From contig NC_058368.1 in assembly GCF_018350175.1 (NCBI RefSeq), forward strand, positions 209,066,001-209,130,000: a DNA stretch of 64,000 bases, in the 5' to 3' direction. Below the pieces are notes generated by a model. That model was not told the origin of the DNA. It saw only the letters and a program-made list of their open reading frames with translations, and searched no databases. The stretch comes from Felis catus. Lineage: Eukaryota. A program made the translations under genes and the position numbers. Shown here piece by piece: positions 52,231 through 63,675 of the stretch (positions within the stretch are counted from its first letter, which is position 1; the number at the start of each line of letters is the position of its first letter).

Positions 52231-52343
52231 GGGGTGCCTGGCTGGCTCAGTCAGAAAAGCATGCAACTCGATCTCAGGGTAATAAGTTCGAGCCCCACAT
52301 TGGGTATAGAGGTGACTTAAATAAATCTTAAAAAAAAAAAAAG
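52231..52343 (+). mobile_element. Short tRNA-derived carnivore SINE lacking the (CT)n tract
   Basis: A/B-box-like tggctcagtc and gttcgagcc, A tail, TSD gaattattcttcct. Confidence 0.85.
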
Positions 52344-52701
52344 GAATTATTCTTCCTGGCTAGTTACTAAATCCAAATCAGATATTTACCAATGAAACTG
52401 CTCTTTTGTACAGCTACCACTAACTAGAAACTGGTGCTCAAAAATTATACTGACCATTTCTCCTAAAATGCTGAAATTCTAGCTGATAGTTTTTTAAATA
52501 TTTATTCTTAAAAGAGCCATTCTTAATACACTGATTCAAAGTTAATTCCAATGCAAAGATAATTCAAACAAAGGTCGGAGTGTGCTCTGAGGTTAGACTG
52601 TGTGACAGTGTGAGAAATTTCACAGTGTGAATTAAGGTAGAGGAGAAACTGAAGCTCCCACACCAGATGCTCATGAGAAAGAAACTTAGAAAAGCAAATA
52701 T

Positions 52702-52927
52702 GGGGGCGCCTGGGTGGCTCAGTCGGTTAAGCGTCCGACTTCGGCTCAGGTCATGATCTCGTGGTCCGTGAGTTCGAGCCCCGCGTCAGGCTCTGTGCTG
52801 ACCACTCAGAGCCTGGAGCCTGTTTCAGATTCTGTGTCTCCCTCTCTCTCTGCCCCTCCCCCGTTCATGCTCTGTCTCTCTCTGTCTCAAAAATAAATAA
52901 ACGTTAAAAAAAAAAAAAAAGAAAGAA
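52702..52927 (+). mobile_element. Felid SINEC
   Basis: TSD agaaaagcaaatat. Confidence 0.93.
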
Positions 52928-53128
52928 AGAAAAGCAAATATGGTGCTATTGCCCAGGTACTTCCTTCCTAAAAAGAAAAGCCTCTCTGGCCTATCACATG
53001 CTTCTGAAAATGCTGGGAAGGAATGAAGTCCTTAGCAAAATTCTGAGCAGGGTCCCAAATTTAAATGTTTACTCCAGAAGGAGGCACCAATAATAATAAG
53101 ATATCAAACTATATATTTCATCACCAGA

Positions 53129-54028
53129 TGTGCCAGTTGTCCATTTATTGCCTCTTAGCTCCAAATTCATCCTTCAGTGCCTGCTCTGCAAACATAAATG
53201 TGGGCCCTCTATTTTTCCTTTGCCCATCGGCTTGAGGTTTTGACGTAGAGGGTACTACAGAGATATCGCAGGTGGAAGAGGCTTTCCTCGCTGGGTCTTG
53301 TGTGCTGCTCCTGGTGGGCTCCAGCACCTCAGGTGGCTTCCCTAGCATCTGGCTCCCGCAGCTTGTGCAGCTGGTCTCCACCAGGCTGCTGAAGTACCTG
53401 GTGGTCAGCAATACCCAGCCCCTTCCCTCCTGCACCCCCCCCCCCCAACCCCAGCTATAGCAGTGAGTCCAGTTAGGTTTTGAAAAGTTCTGCTGTCACA
53501 ACTTCTTTCTCTTTTTTTTTTTTTTTTAAAGGAAGTTTCTTTTCTTTTCTTTTCTCTTTTTTTTAATGTTTATTTATTTGAGAGACAGAACATGAGCAGG
53601 GGAGGGGCAGAGACAGAGGGAGACACAGAATCCAAAGCAGGCTCCAAACTCTGAGCTGTCGGCACAGAGCCCGACGGGGGGTCTCAAACTCATGAACTGG
53701 GAGATCATGACCTGAGTGAAGTCAGTCACCTAACCAAACTGAGCCACCCAGGAGCTCCAGCAACTTCTTTATCATTCAATGAACCAAAGCCTTATCCTCT
53801 CAAATGTCTGGATCTCAGTCCCGGAGGCATCAACTTTGAATGCTCTATCTCTACCCTAGGGGTAATAGATGCTCTTTTTATTTGCTATTCTTCTCTAGAG
53901 TACTCTTTACTTCTAGCCAATCCCTCATTTCTCCAATCCTCTGTTACAGTTAGTAATCTTTATAATAAGCTTTCCCTTTTTAAACTGCTGTGTGATTTCT
54001 CTCTACTAATCAGACGCTAATTGATATA
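53129..54028 (+). mobile_element. ERVL-class LTR (LTR41-like) with an antisense SINEC at 53509-53758
   Basis: Starts tgtgccagttgtccatttattgcctcttagctccaaattc and ends ...aattgatata. The SINE TSD is caacttcttt (53499-53508, 53761-53770). Confidence 0.65.
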
Positions 54029-54066
54029 CTAAATTTCAAGTGATTGGTTAGAAACTGAGAAAAATT

Positions 54067-54168
54067 ACTAGCTGTTTAGTCCAGTTTGTTCATATATACA
54101 TTTGTATTTGTATATAAATTTGTAGGTATACAAATGCATATATAAACAAACTGAACTAAACAGCCAAT
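54067..54168. repeat. Long inverted repeat / hairpin (41-bp stem, 20-nt loop)
   Basis: Arms 54067-54107 and 54128-54168 are reverse complements with 5 transition differences. Confidence 0.92.
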
Positions 54169-55139
54169 GTATACAATTATGTACGTGTGTAATATATATA
54201 ATATATATGTATTTATACACATATATATATTTATACACATATGTGTATAAACAAACAGATCAGACTTTTCATAATTAGATAGTTCAGACTGCTAAAACAA
54301 AGTAGTTCATAGGGTATATCCTTGTTAACAGTACTCTCACTTTGGAGAAGTTGATTTTCTCCACTAACCATGAAAGATCAAGTACTACATGAGATCACTT
54401 TGTTTTTTCTGGTGAATCATTTTTATTTCTCTTTACAAGTAACAATCTAAAAACCAGAGCAAAATTTAAGACGATAAGGTAGTAAAAATAGTGGCTCTAT
54501 TTCTCTGGCTATGTGCTCTATGAAATTGCTCTATTTATATTTGGAGGGAAATACACAATCTCAACGATCCCACACTAACATTCACCTCGTTTTAGCTGTA
54601 GAGGCAAACTTAATGTTTTCCCTCTGTGTCACTGTTCCATGTGCTCTCTTTGTCAACATTAAAATGAAAAGTTAAGCATCAAGCTCACCATTCCTGTCCC
54701 ACTTCGCTCTTAATTCTGCCAGCCACAGAGTTAAAAGGACAGGATTAAGAGTCATTAGACACAGTACTAAGGAGAATTAAAGGGCTTCTTCAAGGGGTAT
54801 AACATCTGCTCCTCAAATTCCTGCCTAAACAACTAAGATTCCGATCAAAGAGAAAAGAGGGAAAGCCAATCTGACAGTAAACTGGAGTCATGAGGAAGTG
54901 AATGTTCTCTCAGGGAGTAACTCTGACACCAGAGGAAGGCTTAGTGACATTGCACAATTCTTTCTGTGAAGTTATTCATGGGGCAAGTGGGAGTATAAGA
55001 GTGTAAGTGGAGGGGAATGGGAAGGTGAAGATTGAGGATCCTTTTAAGTAGTTTTTGCTCAGCTAGCAAAACAAGCTGGGACATGCAAGACAGATAAACA
55101 CAGCTGTCTGGGGCTGTCACTTGGGGCTCAGGAGCCAAC

Positions 55140-55715
55140 GTGTCCTGATGTAGTGAAAAGTGCACCGGAATGTGAGTCAGGAGGCCAGGGATCCAAGTCC
55201 TCATTCTGCTGCTAAGTAGCTATGTGATGATGAACAAGCCCTCCAGCCTCACTAGGCTCAGTCTCCCCATCTTTTGGAAAACTAATTGATGCAACTAGTT
55301 GGCAAACCATGCAGAGGTGCTCCTGAAACAGAGTTCATGTATTCAGTTTGCTGAGTCCTGGTTTCTTCCACTGAAAAAAAAACAGGAGAGGGGCACCTAG
55401 GTGGCTCAGTCCATTGAGCGTCTGACTTCACCTCAGGTCATGATCTCACAGTTCCTGAGTTCGAGCCCCATGTGGGGCTCCCTACTGTCAGCACAAGCCT
55501 GCTTCAGATTCTCTGTCCCCTTCTCTCTGCCCCTCCCCTGCTCACATGCGCGCTCTCTCTCTCTCTCTCTCAAAAATAAATAAACGTTTTTAAAAATTAT
55601 TTAAAAAAAAATAAACAGGAAAAATAAGGCAGGATTAGGGTGAGGATTAAAAATACTATACTTAAAGACACCCTGACACAGTATATGAAATGAATAGTTG
55701 CCATTATTATTATTT
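55140..55715 (+). mobile_element. MIR relic, interrupted by a SINEC at ~55390-55612
   Basis: MIR core (tagctatgtga...ggctcagtctccccatct); the SINE is flanked by aaacagga. Confidence 0.65.
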
Positions 55716-56198
55716 CTTAACTTCTAAGGTCTCTTTAAGATTATCTGACAGGTATAAAATCTTGGTAGCCAACTATAATGAATACATTCGAATTGAATAC
55801 ATTGAGTATTTCAAATTCATTACAAGTCAAGCTAATGTTAGTTTATCACAGGTTTTAATTATCTACTAACCAAAATACTCATGAGAAATGTTCTTACATC
55901 TTTTCTGATTTCTACACCCACTCAAAAACCCAAATCTTAGGTCAAATGTGACTACTATATTCTTGGAAATGAAATTCAATAATAATTACAGAAAATACAG
56001 TTTCAGGTTTGCATGCCATCTTCCAGGTATCAATATATATTATCTAGTGCTGGGAACAGGGCAAGAAAGCAAGAGACCAAAAGCAGAACCATCAAAATTT
56101 TCCATATGAGAATATCAGAAAATACTAATTTATTCCATGCCAAAATAAATCGTCAGCTACTTCAATATTTTAGCTTTAAATTTAAGAACAGATTTCCA

Positions 56199-56363
56199 GA
56201 GAGGGGGAAATGTATGATGGGCATTGAGGAGGGCACTTGTTGGGATGAGTGAGCACTGGGTATTGTGTGTAAGCAGTGAATCACGGGACTCTACCCCCAA
56301 AACCAAGAGCACACTGTATACACTGTATGTTAGCCAAGTTGACAATAAATTATATTTTAAAAA
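56199..56363 (+). mobile_element. Severely 5'-truncated L1 3' end
   Basis: ggcattgaggagggcacttgttgggatgag...aataaa; TSD aa(c/t)agatttcca at 56187-56198 and 56364-56375. Confidence 0.88.
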
Positions 56364-56926
56364 AATAGATTTCCAATGCAAAATTAATTAAGAATATATC
56401 ACTAACCAGCTTAAACATACCAAAGGTTAGAAAGGTAGTAGTAATATTACAAAATACTTTATCTGTCAAACAAAAGTAAAGCCAGAAAAAATTCTATCCA
56501 GGACCATATATATATACAGGGAGATATATATACATATATATATATGGAAAGAGAGACAGACAGACGGGGAGTTTTACTAAAGTTAATCTACTATATAACT
56601 ACTATAAAGTTAATATACTATATATATACATATATATTTATACATATATATACAGTTTTACTAAAGTTAATCTATAACCCTTCCCTTCCATTAAAACACA
56701 TATTCTTATTTAGAAATGTGATAAAATTATTCTATCACTCAATCAAGTATAGATTAATAGCTTCATGACTTTATTAGATTTCACAGTCAAATTCCATGTT
56801 AAGATAGGATAGTCAATCCAAAACAAACCAACAAACAAAAATCCAAAGGCAATGAACCAAAATATATAAACAATATGTTTTCATGTCTTGTGAAGATCAG
56901 AGAAACATGATCAAAAATAGCCAACC

Positions 56927-57178
56927 AAGGGGCGCCCTGGGTGGCTCAGTCATTTGGGCGTCTGACTTCAGCTCGGGTCATGATCTCATAGTCCGTAAGT
57001 TCAAGCCCTGTGTCAGGCTCTGTGCTGACAGCTGGGAGCCAGGAGCCTGCTTCAGATCTGTGTCTCCCTCTCCCTCTGCCCCTCGCCTGCTCACGCTCTG
57101 TCTCTCTCTGTCTCAAAAATTAAAAAAAAAAAAAACATTAAAAAAAAAAACATTAAAAAAAACTAAAAAAAAAAAAAA
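56927..57178 (+). mobile_element. SINEC with a patterned tail
   Basis: TSD aaaaatagccaacc at 56913-56926 and 57179-57192. Confidence 0.92.
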
Positions 57179-57286
57179 AAAAATAGCCAACCGATGAGAA
57201 TGACTAGCAAAAGCTCAGTCTTTGTTCTGGTTATTCCCAATAGTTTCCTTTATGACAATGTTGATGCTAAAAATAACTCAAGTCTT

Positions 57287-57506
57287 GGGGCGCCTGGGTG
57301 GCGCAGTCGGTTAAGCGTCCGACTTCAGCCAGGTCACGATCTCGCGGTCCGTGAGTTCGAGCCCCGCGTCCGGCTCTGGGCTGATGGCTCGGAGCCTGGA
57401 GCCTGTTTCCGATTCTGTGTCTCCCTCTCTCTCTGCCCCTCCCCCGTTCATGCTCTGTCTCTCTCTGTCCCAAAAATAAATAAACGTTGAAAAAAAAATT
57501 TTTTTT
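57287..57506 (+). mobile_element. Young felid SINEC
   Basis: Perfect 16-bp TSD aaataactcaagtctt at 57271-57286 and 57507-57522. Confidence 0.96.
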
Positions 57507-58384
57507 AAATAACTCAAGTCTTAATTTGAGTAGCAGAACAACCTCAAGATTTCACACTGAATAAAAAGGTGTTGAGGGAGCACATATGAGAGGGCCCGAC
57601 TTTATTAGAGAGCCTCTCTGGAAAAGCAACGTTTGGGTGGAGACCTAAGTGTAAGGAGCTACATGTTTGTGAGGGCGGAGCAGGTAACAGTAGGAAAGAG
57701 TATTCTAAGCAGAAAACAAAGTACACACAGTGTCAAAATCTCTCAGCCATTCTGCTAGGGCATAATAGGGAAAGGGAAAAAATGGGCAGTGGCCAGAACA
57801 CAAGGACCATTATAAACCATGGCAAGACATTTGGGTTTTAGTCAAAATGCATCAGGAAGATGTGACAGGGATTCAGCAGGAATAGTGAGGGAAAGAGTAA
57901 AGAGACTGATGCAGACTTCGAAGGGAGGTGTAAGCTTTAGGTGAACCCTCAGGGAAGGACTGTAAAAGAAACTGTAGAGGCAGGAGGAGTAAGGAGCATG
58001 GTACCCAGGGAATGGTGGATAGGTACAATGCATATAAGGGCTTTTTTCTCCAAATCCTGCATCAGAATTCACACTTTTCATCTGATATTACCGAATTGTT
58101 CTCTGGGGGAACAAGTTTAGTAAATGATATCCTATCTTTGCCTTCTCCCCACATTGGACACTATGGATTTTTCCTCCTTTGCCAGTCTTCGAGGTGACAA
58201 GTAGTACCTTAGTAGCAGTTTAATTTTCCCTTCTTTCATTATTAGTGAAGTTGAGTATCCATTTCCATGTTTATTGGCCAGTTACATTTCTTCTGCTATT
58301 ATCTGTTAATTCATTTCCTTTGACCACATTCTATATGTCCCATTGAGTTTCCTTTTTATTTTTTTTATATCAAAAACAGACTAT

Positions 58385-60233
58385 CTTTAAAGTAATCTTG
58401 AGAAAGAAGAACAAGATGGAAGTATCATAATCCCAGATTTCAAGATTTCAAAGCTGTAGTAATCAAAACAGTATGGTACTGGCACAAAAAAGAGACAGAT
58501 CAATCAAACAGCAAAGACAGCACAAAAATAAACCCAGGATTACATGGTCAATTAATCTTTGACCGAGGAGGCAAGAATATACAATGGGTGAAAAGTCTTT
58601 TCAATAAATGGTGTCGTGAAAACTGGAGAGCCATAGCCAAAAGCATGAAACTGGACCACTTTCTTAGACTATACACAAATTAACTCAAAATAGATTAAAG
58701 ACCTAATGTGAAACATGAAACCATACAACTTCTAGAAAAAAATTTAGGGAGCAATCTATTGGATATCTGCCTTAGCAACATATTTATAGGTATGTCTCTT
58801 CAGGCAAGAAAAAACAAAAAGAGGGGTGCCTGGGTGGCTAAGTCAGTTAAGTGTCCAACTCTTGATTTTAGCCCAGGTCACAATCTCACAGTTCATGGGA
58901 CTGAGCCCCACATCAGGCTCCATGCTGACAGAATGGACCCTAGTTGGGACTCTCTCTCCCTCTCTTTTGGCCCCTCCCCCTTTTGCACACACTCTCACTC
59001 CCTCAAAATAAGTAAGTGAGCTTTAAAAAAAGAAAAAAAAAAAGGAAAAATAAACTATTGGGGCTATGCCAAAATAAAAAGCTTTTGTATAGCAAAAAAA
59101 CCAGCCAACAAAACAAAGAGGCAACCTACTGAATGAGAGAAGAGATTTACAAATGACATATCCAATGAGGGGTTAATATCCAAAATATGTAAAGAATTTA
59201 TATAACTCAACACCATAAAAACAAACAATCCGATTAAGGATTTTTCCAAAGAAGACATACAGATGGCCAAGAGACACATGAAATGATGCTCAACATCACT
59301 TATCATCAGGGAAATGCAAGTCAAGACCACAATGAGCTATCACCTCACCCCTGTCAGAATGGGCTAACATCAAAAAACACAAGAAAATAACAAGTTTTAG
59401 AGAGGCTGTAGAGAAAAGGGAACCTTCATGCTTTGCTGGTGGAAACATAAATTGTTGCAACCACTGTGGAAAACCAGTATGGAGGTTCCTCAATAAACTA
59501 AAAATTGAAATACTATAGAATACAGTAATTTAAATACTGGGTATACCCAAAGAAAACAAAAACACTACTCAAAACAAAACAGAAAACAAAAACAAAATTC
59601 AAGAAGATATATACAACCCTTTGTTCACAGCATTATTTACAACAGCCAAGATATAGAAGCAACCCAACTATCCAACAATAGATGAATGATTAAGAAGAGG
59701 TGGTGTCTGTCTGTCTGTCTGTATGTATGTATGTTTGTATATGTATGTGTATGTATGTATTCGTATGTGTGTATATATAAAATGGAATATTATTCAGTCA
59801 TTTAAAAATTGAAATTGTGCTATTTACAATAATGTGAATAGCCATAGAGGGTATTATGCTAAAGGAAATAAGTCAGTCAGAGAAAGACAAGTACTATATG
59901 ATTTCACTTATATGTGGACTGTAAAAAAACAAAACAAACAGACTCTTAAATACAGAGAACTCACAGTTGCCAGAAAGGAAGTGGGTGGAGGGTATGTGAA
60001 ATAGGTGAAGATTTGAACAGATCCAATTATAAAATAAATTAAGTCACAGAGATAAAAACAGTATAGCACAGGGAATATAGTCAATACTGTTACAACAACA
60101 TTACATGATGACAGTGACTACACCCACCACAGTGAGCACTGAGTGATGTACAGAATTATCAAATCACTATGTTGTACATCTGAAACTAATACAACATTGT
60201 ACGCCAACCATAGTTCAATAATGAATGTTTTTT
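58385..60233 (+). mobile_element. 5'-truncated carnivore L1 with a nested SINEC (~58822-59045)
   Basis: ORF2 C-terminal relics (aaagctgtagtaatcaaaacagtatggtactggcac), 3' UTR and a (TATG)n tract. Confidence 0.85.
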
Positions 60234-60246
60234 AAAAATACAGGCA

Positions 60247-60737
60247 GGGGCGCCTGGGTGGCGCAGTTGGTTAAGCGTCCGACTTCAGCCAGGTCATGAT
60301 CTCGCGGTCCGTGGGTTCAAGCCCCGCATCAGGCTCTGGGCTGATGGCTCAGAGCCTGGAGCCTGTTTCCGATTCTGTGTCTCCCTCTCTCTCTGCCCCT
60401 CCCCCGTTCATGCTCTGTCTCTCTCTGTCCCAAAAATAAACAAACGTTGAAAAAAAAAATTTTTTTAAATAAAAATAAATAAATAAAATAAATAAATAAA
60501 AATACAGGCAATCATGGGGCGCCTGGGTTGGCTCCGTCGGTTAAGTGGCCGACTTCGGCTCAGGTCATGATCTCACGGTCCGTGAGTTTGAGCCCTGCGT
60601 CGGGCTCTGTGCTGACAGCTCAGAGCCTGGAGCCTGTTTCGGATTCTGTGTCTCCCTCTCTCTGACCCTCCCCCGTTCATGCTCTGTCTCTCTCTGTCTC
60701 AAAAATAAATAAACGTTAAAAAAATAAATAAATAAAT
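60247..60737 (+). mobile_element. Two SINECs (60247-60497, 60516-60737) at one target site
   Basis: Each is flanked by aaatacaggca. Confidence 0.93.
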
Positions 60738-60750
60738 AAATACAGGCAAT

Positions 60751-61474
60751 CAGCATTATTATTTACAATAGCCAAACTACAGAAATAGCCCAAGTGTCCA
60801 CTGACAGATGAATGGATAAAGATGTGGTATATATACTAAATGGAATATTATTCAAACATAAAAAAATAGAATGAAATCTTGCCATTTGAAACAAGATGGA
60901 AGGAGCTTGAGAGTATAATGCTAAGTGAAATAAGCCAGTCAGAGAAATACAAATACCACATGATTTCACTCATATGTGGAATTTAAGAAACAAACAAAGG
61001 GGCGCCTGGGTGGCGCAGTCGGTTAAGCGTCCGACTTCAGCCAGGTCACGATCTCGCGGTCTGTGAGTTCGAGCCCCACGTCGGGCTCTGGGCTGATGGC
61101 TCAGAGCCTGGAGCCGATTCTGTGTCTCCCTCTCTCTCTGCCCCTCCCCCGTTCATGCTCTGTCTCTCTCTGTCCCAAACATAAATAAATGTTGAAAAAA
61201 AAATTTAAAAAAAAAGAAACAAACAAAGAAAAATAAAGAGACAAACCAAAAAAGTCTTTAACTATAGAAAACAAATGGTTACCGGAAGTAAGGTGGGTGG
61301 GGGGATGGGTGAAATAGGTGAAAGGGATTAATAGCACACTTATCTTGATGAGCACTAACATATGGAACTGTTGAATCACTATATTATATATATGATATCA
61401 TATATTTCATTTATACCTAAGACTAATGTAACACTGTATACTATCTATCTAACTATCCTGGGATTAAATTTTTT
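60751..61474 (+). mobile_element. L1 3' fragment with a nested young SINEC (60999-61213)
   Basis: Flanked by aaatacaggcaat; SINE TSD aagaaacaaacaaa. Confidence 0.88.
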
Positions 61475-61618
61475 AAAAATACAGGCAATTTTTGCTTTGC
61501 ATAATTCTGATATGCATGAATTTCAGTCACCACAGTTTAGAAAACTACAAATTTCAGTTATTCTCAGGCCACATCAGTTTTAAAGAATTAGAAATTCTAA
61601 AGGTGCATTTAACATTTT

Positions 61619-62092
61619 TTTAAGTTTTTATTTAAATTCCAGCTAGCTAACATACATGTAACATTAGTTTCAGGTGTGATTCAACAATTCCATACAACAC
61701 CCAGTGCTCATCACAAATATACTCTTTAATCCTCATCACCTATTTAACCCATCCCTCCACCCACCTCTGCTCTGGCAACCATCAGTTTGTTCTCTGTAGT
61801 TAAAGTCTGTTTCTTGGGGCACCTGGGTGGCACAGTCGGTTAAGCGTCCGACTTCAGCCAGGTCACGATCTCGCGGTCCGTGGGTTCGAGCCCCGCATCA
61901 GGCTCTGGGCTGATGGCTCAGAGCCTGGAGCCTGTTTCTGATTCTGTGTCTCCCTCTCTCTCTGCCCCTCCCCCGTTCATGCTCTGTCTCTCTCTGTCCC
62001 AAAAATAAATTAAAAACGTTGAAAAAAAAAATTTTTTTAAAGTCCGTTTCTTGATTTGTTCCTCTCTCTCTCTCTCTCTTTTTTCCCCTTCA
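61619..62092 (-). mobile_element. L1 3'-end fragment with a nested plus-strand young SINEC (61816-62037)
   Basis: L1 TSD gcatttaacatttt at 61605-61618 and 62093-62106; SINE TSD taaagtc(t/c)gtttctt. Confidence 0.9.
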
Positions 62093-62495
62093 GCATTTAA
62101 CATTTTAACAAGCCCTTCAGATGGTTCTGAACTTTGGTAAGTAATACATAATATGCTATACAGCACTTAGAAAGAATATAGTAAAATGCATGATAGTGAT
62201 ATTAAAAATCTCCAAGCAATATTGTGAATTGAAAAACAAAAACAAATTATGGAATAACAACCATCTGATATCACTTATGAAAACAAATATAGTATATACT
62301 CTTTTGATGGGTATATTTGTTGATGACTACAATTTAAAAAACCTTAAAGAATAAGGACCATAATGAAAACTGTGAGAAACCCTGGGAAAGAGATTTTTAA
62401 AAAGATAATCAAAGAAGAACTTAAGTTTTATCTGTAATGTTTTAATTTCTTCATAAGAACATAACTTAATGTATTAATTAATTTAAATGTTTTAG

Positions 62496-62740
62496 GAGGA
62501 TCTGGGTGGCTCAGTCGGTTAAGCATCTGACTTTTGATTTCAGCTCAGGTCATGATCTTGGGAGTCATGAGACTAAGTCCCATGCAGGGCTCCTCACTGG
62601 GTATGGAGCCTGCTTAAGATTCTTTCTCTCTCTCTCCCTCTCTCTCTCTCTCCCCCCCCCCCACCTTTCCCCCATCTGCTCCTCCTCTGCTCGCAGTCCC
62701 TCTCTCAAAAGAAGAGAAAATGTTTTAAAAAGAAAAGAAA
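62496..62740 (+). mobile_element. Older SINEC
   Basis: ctgggtggctcagtcggttaagcatctgac head, (CT)n and A-rich tail. Confidence 0.82.
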
Positions 62741-63225
62741 GAATATCCATTTTTAAATGGGCAGAAGATAAGGAATTCTTAATATTTTACTTCATCCATA
62801 TTTTTTTGCATAGAGGATACACCTGAAGGATCTGTCAGCCCAAGGATTCGAACTCTTGAGCTTACATACATAATTACTGATAATCTGTGAAGAAATAAAG
62901 AAAGCAAAAGGTGCCGAGCAGACTGGATTAGAGAAAATGCAGTACTGATGATTTTCACTAAATGGAACAAAGAAACACTTTAGAAACTAGAGATCCACAA
63001 ATCTAATATTGTGGCTGGCTGGGCGAACGTCCAAAACAAATTATTAAACATACTTCAAATTACCAAAATGGAAGATGCATCAAAGAGAGGTTGAATAACA
63101 AAAAAAGAAAAGCATTTTGAAAAATTTTATTTTTATCCTGGTAGATCAAGAAAACATTTTACTTCAAAGTATTTTTAAGGTGTCCCAGGGAAATGAGACC
63201 AAGTTCAAGAATACTAAGAAATTCA

Positions 63226-63597
63226 GGGGCGCCTGGGTAGCTCAGTCGGTTAAGTATCTGACTCTTGGTTTCAGTTCAGATCATGATCTCACGGTTCGTG
63301 AGATGGAGCTCTGCATCAGACTCTGCACTGACAGTGCAGGGCCTGTTTAGAATTCTCTCTCTTTAGTTCTCCCTACCCCACCCCTGCTCTCTCTCTCAAA
63401 ATAAATAAAATAAAACATTAAAAAAAATAAGGGGCACCTGGGTGGCTCAGTGGGCTAAGCATCTGACTTCGGCTCAGCTCATGATCTCACAGTTCCTAAG
63501 TTCAAGCCCTGCGTCAGGCTCTGTGCTGAGAGCTCAGAGCCTGGAGCCTGCTTTGTATTCTCTGTCTCCCACTCTCTCTGCCCCTCCCCCACTCGCA

Positions 63598-63637
<40 letters not shown>

Positions 63638-63675
63638 AATAAATAAACATTGAAAAAAAATTAAAAAAACAAAAA
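63226..63675 (+). mobile_element. Head-to-tail SINEC pair (63226-63430, 63431-63675) inside one outer TSD
   Basis: Outer TSD aagaatactaa(g/a)aaattca at 63207-63225 and 63676-63694. Confidence 0.9.

Noticed and set aside
62780..63120. Possible processed pseudogene or ancient RTE/CR1 relic
   Set aside because: I could not read a consistent frame or motif. A Dfam or tBLASTn search would be needed.
13126..63642. Recurrent short ORFs MAQSVKRPTSAQVMIS..., MGQRETEHERGRGRE... and ...ACFRFCVSLSLCPSP as a gene family
   Set aside because: They are translations of SINEC copies in different frames.
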